A stretch of 29,081 nt of DNA from assembly GCA_010093745.1 (NCBI GenBank), contig MU005984.1:186001-215081 (forward strand), written 5' to 3'. The notes under the pieces are model-generated. The model was not told the DNA's origin and made no database searches. It was given only the letters and a program-made list of their open reading frames with translations. Shown here one piece after another: positions 1-9,395 of this stretch. The DNA comes from Piedraia hortae CBS 480.64 (taxonomy: Eukaryota). Position 1 is the stretch's first letter. Each line of letters begins with the position of its first letter. The translations under genes and the position numbers were made by a program.

Positions 1-617
1 AACCCGTCCAGAGTTGTCAGTCGCCATCCGGCTTCCTTGGCCGTCAGCGCCTCATCCTCTTCGGCAATGTGGGCCTGCGGAGCGAAGCGACGGATGTTTA
101 GATGGATAGTCTTGAGTTGGGACGACAGCTGCGGCTCCAGGTCTGGGTGGAAGTATTTGTGGAAAACCTCGCCAACGAGCCACCGCCACAAAATGGCCTT
201 ACCGACCGCTATCATCTCCTGCTTAGCTGTGGCGACTGCATCTTTGTTGACTGAACGCTCCAGCCAGTGCGGCACGCTTGTCCATGACTTGCGCATGTCG
301 AATGCCAGCTGGCCAACGAGGCCATCGAGCCGCATGAAGCGCGCTGTGTACTCTCCGTCATCGAGAGATGTGCGAGACTGCGAAAGCCGCTGGCTTGCCA
401 CGAAGTTCTGCAGCTGCTTCACCTGCGACTCTTTGTCGAAGTAGCTTCTCTTGACCTTGGCGTATTTCTCTTGTAGCTCCTTATACTTCTTCTGTTGCAG
501 GGCTAAATCGTCAAGGTCTGTTGGCGGCGCCGGCGTCTGCTGCTGCTGTTGTAGATGCTGCTGAGATTGCTGGTGCTGGTGCTGGTGGTGCTGCTGTTGA
601 AGTTGAAGTTGTTGTTG

Positions 618-656
<39 letters not shown>

Positions 657-974
657 CGTCAGCTGCACCTGCGGCTGCGACTGCTGTTTTTCGTTCGCTT
701 TCGCTACGGGAGCGCTGTGCATGCTATGACGGTTGTTACCCTGTGACATGCTGCTCGTCATACCCAGCGAGGGCTCTTCAGCAGCCTGGTACGAGTAAGA
801 ACGTGAGGCAAGCGCCGGGCGGGGGTTTTCGGCTGCAGCGTAGCGGGGCAGTGCAGTGGCCAGTGGATCGCGGGGCAGATCAACCGCCTGTCGTTCGTGT
901 ACTTGGTTCTCGGCCAAAGATCGCTCACGAGGACGCTGTACCCAGCGTTCCCGGCCATTGGCTGTCTCGCCCAT
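1..974 (-). CDS. Conserved fungal hypothetical protein with polyQ tract and coiled coil; 3' end runs off the window
   Basis: Hand-translated minus-strand frame, open from ATG 974 (next in-frame ATG 761) to position 1 and absent from the ORF track because it has no stop in the window. Reads MGETANG...Q15...KKYKELQEKYAKVKRSYFDKESQVKQLQNFVASQRLSQSRTSLDDGEYTARFMRLDGLVGQLAFDMRKSW...YFHPDLEPQLS. I recognise this as a conserved Pezizomycotina family, often loosely labelled 'SAM-methyltransferase-like', but see no MTase motif here. Start codon uncertain. Confidence 0.8.
609..653 (-). repeat. Coding trinucleotide repeat (CAG)9(CAA)6 = Q15, within a longer Q/H-rich segment (about 538-690)
   Basis: The plus strand shows (TTG)6(CTG)9, in frame with the minus-strand CDS. 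Confidence 0.95.
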
Positions 975-2337
975 GCTTTGGCCACGGCTGGTGAACTCGT
1001 CATGCAACTGCAGCGGAAGTTACCGAGGCTTCGCCACACTATCCACGAGACTGTGTGCAGTGCGCCCACCGTCCTACTTGTCAGGACGTGCTCCGGAAAA
1101 GTAGCAAACAGCTGCACATGACCATAGTGGCTATCTCAAGCACCATAATAGTGAGCGTTCATCCGTGAACATCGCTTTCGTGGATGTACGATCGAATGAA
1201 AGTTCACCTGCATAATGACGTCATGCAGCCCTCCGGTATCGTACACTCCGATAACCATCATGAAGACGATGATGCAGTGTCAGAAAGCTCTGCAGTGAGG
1301 GCCAAGGGATCACGAGGGACCTATTTGTTAATGAATAGATAGTCTTGTACAAGCGTCGCCTTAACCATCCTAACCGAACATGGACAAAGATCGTACTCCC
1401 ATCATATCCAAGTCCGCCCAATCGTTCCAATGCTCTTTGGAAGGACGATTCAATTCTGAACACAACAGTCATGCCGGCAGATGCTCAGCAGTGGCAAGAA
1501 CACGACATCCCCGTCTTCCATTTCTACCTATGGCCTGAGCGGGTGCTTAGACTTCCACAATCAAATGTCTCTGTGCTACCATTATCACTTTCATCTTTCT
1601 GGAAGAGGTACACCTGTACCACCAAACTTGAACTTTGAAAGACAATCTGCTCTCAGTTTTGTAGAGCCCCTTCTTCCCATGTTGCTCAGCTGCAGCTTGA
1701 CTGCAGAACCAATCTAACATTTGAAGCTTGAACGAGTATTGGCACCAGGCCGCACGACGACCATAATCTCATGCAAATCGGATCTCTTGTACGAGAACAC
1801 CAGCCTTGAGAAAACATTCGGGTTTCTCCGAAGGCTTGTTGTCTCTACTAACGTTCCTCAAAATTGCAAGATTGTTCACGTGAGCGGGCTGAGTCCTATT
1901 TGTATGTTTCCCTAAGGCGTATGAGCAGATGTTCTATGCCCTCACCAGGTCACCGCCGACATCGCCAATACAACAAAGTTTTGGGGCCATGATGGGAATA
2001 CGATCCCGCGTGGCTGGTCTGTATTTTCTCGAACACGGTCGTGACGTCGCATCATTACCCTCACTCACCACCACTTATATTCGAGAACTCGATTCACCTT
2101 TCTCCCTTACATGACTGCTTTTAGCATTCGGCCCACACGTTGCATCAAGCCATGCAACTGCAAAACATTATGCCGGTATAAACACGAGCACATCCCTGCC
2201 AGCCTACCGCAATACATTTTGCAATTATTCCGTCCCGATATCTGCCCTGCATCTCTCCCAAAGGGTCTCCATGGGGGTCCCACGTGTGACTACGCAAGGC
2301 CGAACATGCTTGCCCCTTTGACCCGCCTCGGACCTGC

Positions 2338-2356
2338 ATATAAATGTATATATAAG
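2338..2356 (+). promoter_or_regulatory. TATA box region upstream of the small secreted protein gene
   Basis: TATAAATGTATATATAAG lies about 65-85 nt upstream of ATG 2422. Confidence 0.6.
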
Positions 2357-2421
2357 CTTGGATGCTCGCGAATTCATCCATTCCCAACACTATCAACTCC
2401 TGCACTCTCAATTTGATCAAC

Positions 2422-2990
2422 ATGTCCAAGCCAATCATGCTCATATCTTTCTTGGCCACGCTGGTCAGTTCAGCCAGGAACTTTGCCGGAACACCTCTGG
2501 AACTCACCAATATTGCCATATTGGATGATGGGAATACGACTCTCTCCTTTGACGTCTATAACCCCGATCCACTTGCCAATACAAGGGCAACCTGTGGTGC
2601 GATATGGGAGACTTCATCCAATGCCTACCCTACCGTCAGCTATGTATGCCTATCGTTCAACATTAGCAAGAAATTGCACAACTGACAGCAAGGCAGAAAG
2701 CATGCGCAAACTCCACCTTTGGTTGGCAGATGAAAGAGTTTCATTCCTTAAACACTTTTTCGCTAAACATCTTGCACACTTTCCATGATCCTTCGTATGT
2801 CTGCTCTTCAATCTCTTGAGGTATACACTAATAATTCATCAGGGTTGGCCAACCTCCATATGATGTTGTGACCGTGTTCGCAGAGGGAGATATCGCGTCG
2901 ACAACCGTTCCCTGCGACGCAAATGGGCATTCGTGCAAGCAAGCCGATGCGACAGTGATCAAAGCAACCGTCACCGCTGCCTCCTCTTGA
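2422..2990 (+). CDS. Small secreted protein, 155 aa, 4 Cys (possible Alt a 1/AA1-like fold); join(2422..2643,2697..2794,2843..2990)
   Basis: Signal-peptide-like N-terminus MSKPIMLISFLATLVSS. Introns 2644-2696 (GTATGC..CTGAC..CAG) and 2795-2842 (GTATGT..CTAAT..CAG) give a continuous frame ...PTVSY/KACANSTFGWQMK...HTFHDPS/VGQPPYDVVTVFAEG...VTAASS*. The fold assignment is inference. Confidence 0.8.
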
Positions 2991-3193
2991 GAAATATGAT
3001 CACAGACTTGTTGATTACCTGACCTACGAGGTCTGATGTGGCAATATTAGGATAATTTGTAGAAACCATATAACTTGGTGCCATCTTCGTTGGATTCTTG
3101 GAAAGGTAGTTAACAGCGCTGGAAATGCATAGCTAATAACCGTCCCACGTCGACGCCACGCTCCAGACATGAACAACGCCTTGCCTTACCATG

Positions 3194-4780
3194 CTACTGA
3201 GCCCATTGTAGGACTTCCAAAGCCAACAAAACTAAGACCAATGTGGACGGGAGAATTGCTACGACGTAGCTCGCCGTCAGCAGGCGACTCATGACCCCCA
3301 TGAATACGCCATTGACCTGGCAGATTTGAGCCAGCTGCAGCGCGCTCGGAGCTCCAGTGAGTAAGAAGCAGACTATGATGAAGATCGGATCATCCAGGAT
3401 GCTGATTGGGACAAATTTGGCGACTAGTGCAAGTAAAGGTGCCATTAGAATGGTGGGCAACACCATCCGAGCGAGCAGTGATGCCCAAAGTAGGCGCTGC
3501 TCCTCGGCCTTTTCCTCGGCTGAGATTGCCAGCTGTTCTTTTGGCAGCGTTGAACGAGCCAGATTGGCTCCCAAGACAACCAAAATCAACGGCACAGCAA
3601 CGCCGCCAGTTTGCGTCACGGCTCGAGTGAAACTGTTGTTGACTAAAGTTCCGGGAGTGAAAAAAAGCCGCTGGAGAGCGGGAATGGAAGCTACGAAGAG
3701 GGCCGCAATCATGGCCCAGAGCGGGGGGTTCAGCTGACGCCAGACACCCTTCCAAAAGGCTGCATTGTGGTATTGGAATTTCCGAAGCGGAGCCTGGAGG
3801 GAGGGAGGCAATCGACGGAATTGGTTTTTCCAAAAGGTGGTCATCGTGTTGGCGACGGGATGGAAAAGGCGCCGCACAGCCGTCTTCGGGGTGACACGGG
3901 AGGGGTGAGGCACATTAGAGGAGTAATTGGGAAAGGTGGTGATGTGGCCAGTACTGCGCGCGCGGTCTAAAGTCGGGTGCTGCGGACTGGTGAGCGGTTG
4001 TTCATCAGCGTCTGAACTGACTCTAGGCGTGATAGGGCTGTGGGCACCAGATGAAAATGCCGAGTCGGGGTAAGACTTTACCAAGCCGTCCTCAAGATCG
4101 TCAGGTTCATCCCGATACTCTTCGATTGCAGCTTCTACCTCGTCTATGGCGGCGGTCTCATAGGCTGCGGCTGGCTTCAGCAGAACACTGAAGCCCCAGG
4201 TCCAGCGTAGTAATTGCCCCAACTGCTGAAAGATGAGCAAATACAGAATGCCACGGGCAGCAACCTCGTCGTCGTCGTCACCAGGGATCTTGTCCCAGTG
4301 CAGGCCGGATATGGTTTTGCTCAAGCTCATTACTAGGGAGATGGGAAGACTGTTACTGTTGCCGAAAACGCCCATGGCGAGTATAAAATTTCTTTGACGT
4401 TTCTTCTCAGCTCCACCGAAGCCAAACACGCGGACCATGGCCAGCGCACATACCCAGCTGATAAACGTCTGGGCAATGAAGATAAGCGGGATGATGATAA
4501 GATCGCCCAGTTTCTCGGCCGTCAACTGACTGGCTAGCTTGGTGAAGATGAGGCAAGGCGTGAACACCATCATGTTGAGCTCGGCCACGAACTTTTGGCT
4601 GGAGGCATCGAACATACCGTTGCTGGCGACTACGAAGCCTGGCAGGGCAACGAAGACGACCTCGAGCACAGCCTCGCAGACCAAGCCAGCGAGATGGAGG
4701 AAGTTGGGATGCTGCGCCATTGTATACAGTGGTGGTGAGGATGGAAGAGGCTCCGCCAGGCGGAAAGCTTGGAGGGCCAT
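3194..4780 (-). CDS. Auxin efflux carrier (AEC / Mem_trans) family membrane transporter, intronless
   Basis: 528-aa ORF with two hydrophobic halves around a polar loop. Family motifs FTPCLIFTKL, FGNSNSLP, GGVAVPLILVVLGANL and APSALQLAQI. ATG 4720 is an alternative start. Confidence 0.9.
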   Translation of the reverse strand: MALQAFRLAEPLPSSPPLYTMAQHPNFLHLAGLVCEAVLEVVFVALPGFVVASNGMFDASSQKFVAELNMMVFTPCLIFTKLASQLTAEKLGDLIIIPLIFIAQTFISWVCALAMVRVFGFGGAEKKRQRNFILAMGVFGNSNSLPISLVMSLSKTISGLHWDKIPGDDDDEVAARGILYLLIFQQLGQLLRWTWGFSVLLKPAAAYETAAIDEVEAAIEEYRDEPDDLEDGLVKSYPDSAFSSGAHSPITPRVSSDADEQPLTSPQHPTLDRARSTGHITTFPNYSSNVPHPSRVTPKTAVRRLFHPVANTMTTFWKNQFRRLPPSLQAPLRKFQYHNAAFWKGVWRQLNPPLWAMIAALFVASIPALQRLFFTPGTLVNNSFTRAVTQTGGVAVPLILVVLGANLARSTLPKEQLAISAEEKAEEQRLLWASLLARMVLPTILMAPLLALVAKFVPISILDDPIFIIVCFLLTGAPSALQLAQICQVNGVFMGVMSRLLTASYVVAILPSTLVLVLLALEVLQWAQ

Positions 4781-5069
4781 GTCGCGAACGACGTCGTGGT
4801 GTAAGGGTGTCTGGGGCGGCGGTAAACGGGGCGGGTCCAGTAGTCTGGTGGGGCGCTAGCGCTGACGTGACGCATGTCCCAAGCGCCGCCCAATTGACGC
4901 TATTGTTAGGCCTCTCGCATTACTGATTACTGACTCAGCAGCCAATCGATTGACAGTCGCAGCCCGCCACAGTTGTCATGGCGCGATCCCGCCTGGTGGG
5001 TGTGCACGTGACCACTCCCTGGCACTCCGTCTGCCACGTCAGTCCCGAACCAGCGACCGCCGCGCCGCG
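4781..5069. promoter_or_regulatory. 289-bp divergent promoter between the AEC gene and PBS2, with bZIP-type and CCAAT motifs
   Basis: TGACGTGACG 4863-4872, CCAAT 4890-4894 and 4942-4946, TGACTCA 4931-4937. Function is inferred from motif identity only. Confidence 0.45.
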
Positions 5070-6938
5070 ATGACCGCGCCTGAGGAATCTCCGCCACACC
5101 TCCCGACCCTAGAGACGTCCACCGGAACCCTAGATCCCGACCGACAACCGCACCCTGGGACGAACGAGGCCCCAGCGCCGGCTGGCAAAGCTCCCGCCGA
5201 CGCCGCCCTGCGGATGACAGCTTCGTCACAGCCGTTGGGGAACGTCAATGCCGCTCGCCGCCCTGCTCCGCTCGCCGCCAGCTCCAGCCGCGGCTCCATG
5301 AATCCTGATATTGCTGCTAAGATGAAGGCCTTTTCACTCTCACGCCAGAACACGCCGGCCCCTAACCGGGGTTCATCGCCACGCTCCGGTGCTATGAGTC
5401 CGGGAGCGCCGCCTGGCTTCTCACCCAATTTGCGCTTGCCGCTGCAGCTCCAGCGTCCAACGATACCGTTGTCTACGTCATCGCCCGCAGTGCCGAGGAA
5501 GCCATCGCTCGCGGAAAAGCGCGGGATTAAGCTCGGCCATGGCCTCTCGGATGCTGCTCCTCCATCGGCCCCTGCGGCTGCCGCTGCTCCAGGGAAAAGG
5601 CCGAAGCCGAAGATGACGTTGTCGCAAATGGGCGCTTCCAACGGGGTTGCGGCTGCGCCCAAAGAGGAGACACAGCTCGACAAGTACTCTCAATTCATCG
5701 ACACCAAAAACGGCGCTCTCACTTTCAAGGGTCGAGCGACTGTGACTCCGCACGGCATCGAGTTTGAAGATGGGCGGCAGTTCCACATCAGCCTAGATGA
5801 GGTTGATACACTCGACGAGCTGGGCAAAGGCAACTACGGCACCGTTTTCAAGGTGCGACACGCACGCCCCAAGTTTCGCAGACAGGGACAGGGGCTAGCA
5901 GGAAACAAGTCGTTGCGGCGGAGCGATGAGGGAGATAGCGAGCCAGTGGTTCCACCGGGCGGGCATGGTACGACAGGCATTGTCATGGCCATGAAAGAAA
6001 TGCGATTAGAGCTCGACGATGCCAAGTTCCAGTCCATCATTATGGAACTGGACGTACTCCATCGTACCACTTCTCCTCATATTATTGATTTTTACGGTGC
6101 CTTTTTCCAAGAGGGCGCCGTGTACATTTGCATGGAGTTCATGGATGGCGGCTCCATGGATAAGATTTACGGCGGCGGTGTGCCGGAGAGCATACTGCAG
6201 AAGATGACGTTGGCAACGACCCTAGGGCTGAAGAGCCTCAAGGAGGAGCACAACATTATTCATCGCGACGTCAAGCCCACAAACATCCTGGTCAACACGC
6301 GCGGTCAGTTCAAGATTTGTGACTTTGGCGTCAGCGGGAACCTGGTGGCCAGCATCGCGCGCACTAACATCGGATGCCAGTCTTACATGGCTCCGGAGCG
6401 CATATCTAGCGGCGGTACTGCATCTGCAGGCGCGGGTGCCGGTGCTGGTGCGGGCGCAACGTACTCGGTGCAGTCGGACATCTGGTCACTTGGGCTGACA
6501 GTGATTGAGTGTGCCATGGGACGCTATCCCTATCCGCCCGAGACGTACGACAATATATTCTCGCAGTTATCGGCCATTGTCGATGGAGAAACGCCTGATC
6601 TTCCCGCAGACCGCTTTTCAGAAGCTGCATGTGACTTCGTGGCCGGGTGTTTGAACAAGATTCCTAAGCTGCGACCAACATACCCCATGCTGCTGCAGCA
6701 CGCTTGGCTGGCGCCACTGAACAAGCCGGCGACCATCTCGGAAGAGGACGAAGACGGCGGCGATCAGCCGATCACGGTCACGGGCGGCCCGCGCAGCCCA
6801 GGGGGGTTCGTGGATCGCGAGGTGGGGGAGTGGGTGTTGCAAGCGTTGGAGCAACGGCGTGCGGGTAGACTGGGATCGAGCGCAAAGCCGGCGCTGCACG
6901 CGGCGCCACTAGTTGCGGTGCCGAATGCAGCCGCCTAG
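5070..6938 (+). CDS. PBS2: MAP kinase kinase of the HOG pathway (Pbs2/Wis1 orthologue), intronless
   Basis: STE7-family kinase motifs LGKGNYGTV, MAMKEMRLELDDAKF, HRDVKPTN, DFGVSGNLVASIARTNIGCQSYMAPERI and a C-terminal PALHA. The first in-frame ATG is 5070; the ORF track begins at an upstream TTG. Confidence 0.95.
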   Translation: MTAPEESPPHLPTLETSTGTLDPDRQPHPGTNEAPAPAGKAPADAALRMTASSQPLGNVNAARRPAPLAASSSRGSMNPDIAAKMKAFSLSRQNTPAPNRGSSPRSGAMSPGAPPGFSPNLRLPLQLQRPTIPLSTSSPAVPRKPSLAEKRGIKLGHGLSDAAPPSAPAAAAAPGKRPKPKMTLSQMGASNGVAAAPKEETQLDKYSQFIDTKNGALTFKGRATVTPHGIEFEDGRQFHISLDEVDTLDELGKGNYGTVFKVRHARPKFRRQGQGLAGNKSLRRSDEGDSEPVVPPGGHGTTGIVMAMKEMRLELDDAKFQSIIMELDVLHRTTSPHIIDFYGAFFQEGAVYICMEFMDGGSMDKIYGGGVPESILQKMTLATTLGLKSLKEEHNIIHRDVKPTNILVNTRGQFKICDFGVSGNLVASIARTNIGCQSYMAPERISSGGTASAGAGAGAGAGATYSVQSDIWSLGLTVIECAMGRYPYPPETYDNIFSQLSAIVDGETPDLPADRFSEAACDFVAGCLNKIPKLRPTYPMLLQHAWLAPLNKPATISEEDEDGGDQPITVTGGPRSPGGFVDREVGEWVLQALEQRRAGRLGSSAKPALHAAPLVAVPNAAA

Positions 6939-9395
6939 CGCTTTTTATTTATATACAACATCGGCGACGTAAATTCCTCTTTCGGTCGTACACCGTCGAT
7001 TGATACGGTTGCCATAATCCGTTGGACCTAAAATAGGCCTCGGTCTGACAGGGATCCCACAAAGAAGCGCCAAATTTTAGCCCGACCACTCAGCCAGACA
7101 ACACCCTGACCAGACAAAGTCGCAGATTCACAAACATGATGGGTACGGCTACTCTGGCAGCGTCGTAAATCCCTTCACGAAAGCTTCCAATCTCTCCGCC
7201 ACGCGGCCTCTTCCTTCCAAGGACACAGCTTAAGTCAATACCTATCTGAGGCAATAGTGCCCCCGCGACGCCTTCGCAAAGCTCTTGATGTTCTCACGCG
7301 GTAAAAGAGTGCGGCGATCAAGTTGGTGACATTGACCCCCTGCACAGATACCCTAGGGTTGTCCAACGATGTGATGCCATTGTAGATGGGAACTGAATTG
7401 TTACAGCTAATACCACACATGCCGAGGCGTCTGTGTTGAGCTTAGGGACGTCTTGCCCAATATTGGCGTTCTCGGCGCGGAAAGATAGATGCGGTGGATG
7501 AGGATGTGTGCATTCATAATCACCGGTTAAGGCACTGGCCGAGCCACAATTTCCTCGATGTCCCACTTGTTAGCTCTGTTTCACTCCATCTCCAGCCGGC
7601 CCTTGCTTCCCGGCAACGCATGGAATCATTTACACTGTGCACCATGGCGAATTCGCTTTCCTGAGGCTCAATGCCATTTGACACTTGTCCTCAATATTGA
7701 CTCTGTCGCCGCAAACTCCATGTCATTGTCGCTAATGTCGCACTCGCCAAGGCGGCGCCGTGACGATTGTTAACCCCCGTCAAGAATTCTAGACCGAGTA
7801 AAGTACTACCTCTAGGCGAGGTTCGCCCCAGTACCTTTTCCAGTCGACTTGGTTTCTGTGGTCTGGCAAATCAAACATCGTTTTAGAGCCCAACATTTGC
7901 AAGGCGTATTTCATAGTGCGCAGATCCCTCTTCCGTAGGCCCCTTCGACCTCTTTTCATGACTCCGAGGGGCACAAGCTCCACACGAATTCCATCATACT
8001 CAGAGTCTAGGAACATACTGGCGCCGAGCGCTGTAATCGGGCTGTAAAGCCGACTTGTGTAAACTGGGAGGCGATGTTTTATCAGGAACAGCGCGTCGAT
8101 ACTTCGGTGACTTTGTTTTGGCATCTACATGCACATTCATGTGGGTAGGAGTTGCGATTGTTTTTGATAGATCCGCACGCAGCTGCTCGCTTTTATTCTC
8201 ATACTCGGGGAATTTATTTTTTTCGTGCAACGGCACGACGTCAGCGGGGTAATACACGCCCATAACTAGAATGCCACATGATTGTGGGTCATCGGCTGTC
8301 TACATGTTCTAGAAGAGTTTGTTCCGTAGAATACTGGACACAACAAAGGCACTTGGGTGGTATCAGTGTATCTCGAGATGCTATGAGATTCTATACAGCT
8401 GACGAGCTATGAATTCACGGCACTCGGAACTCTGTAGCTATTCCCATAAATTTGAGGGAAGCGAGAAAATGTACCTGCGCATAGTGATGTAGATGTTTAT
8501 GGAGATGTAACTTGTTCATGCTGGAAGGTGGCTAAAAGCGGCAAAGAAAAGCTGATCGGGAGAGAATCGCTTGACGAAAGTGAAAGGTGTGGCATGTGAT
8601 TGGTGTCGGGTGTAGTGGTAGAAATTAAAGAAGGCTCCAAATCAGTGGCTTTAAACTAATTAAGTCGTGGCAACCCCGGTGGCCAGTCATCGTGCGTCAA
8701 CCCTTGTCCGCCACGTGGATTCGGCTCTCGAAATAGAAACAAGCTCGCTAGGCCCGATGCGGCTGTCCGACCTCGGCTTGTCCCTCCGGGCGGTCCTTTC
8801 CAGCTCTGAGACCTGCATGTTCTCGCTTGTCCTCTTAATTGACCGGTCGTACCACGCAGCCGTCAATCTTTCTCATGCAAGCCCGCACGGTGCAGCTTCA
8901 GCTAGCGTTATGCTTACTTGGGTTAGCTGTGCGGCTTGCTGGTAGTCTGAGCTGATTGGTGACTTCAGCTCTTTCCACCTAGCATACAGCCCCCTCCTAT
9001 GGAGCGGAGGCGTCGAGTGGCGCCGACAGCTCCTATTCACTAAACCCCCCACTACTTCCATCTCACTTCCGCTGCAGGGAAAGCCGCGCCGCCGTACTGG
9101 GCCTGAAGCCCCAGGAGCCCGGCGTCACCTGCACCCCGGTCCCTTGTTCGTTTCCACGAGGCTGACAGTGGTCTATTTCCAGCTCCGTCTAAGAGAAGTC
9201 TCACTCTGGTATGATTATTATTATTATTATTTCTCCTTTTTACCCACGCTCTTTCCCTCACTTTTCCTACCATTGCTTGGTTTAATCTCTACAACTGCGC
9301 CCTGACCGACTGCTGTTCTGAAACTTCACTGCTGTCATCATCTTTGCCACTGCTATTCTTGTTTTCCATTTGTTCACTGTTCCTCATTTTTTTCT

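Noticed and set aside
521..994. Plus-strand poly-Ala/Val and poly-Leu ORFs (521-994, 555-746)
   Set aside because: Antisense shadows of the polyQ repeat in the minus-strand gene.
4950..5069. TTG-initiated 40-aa N-terminal extension of PBS2
   Set aside because: It begins beside promoter motifs, is not recognisably conserved, and open frames are expected in such GC-rich sequence; ATG 5070 is preferred.
5039..5683. 214-aa antisense ORF inside PBS2, and similar antisense ORFs in AEC, BNI4 and MIR1
   Set aside because: Typical shadow ORFs of GC-rich coding sequence with no recognisable motifs.
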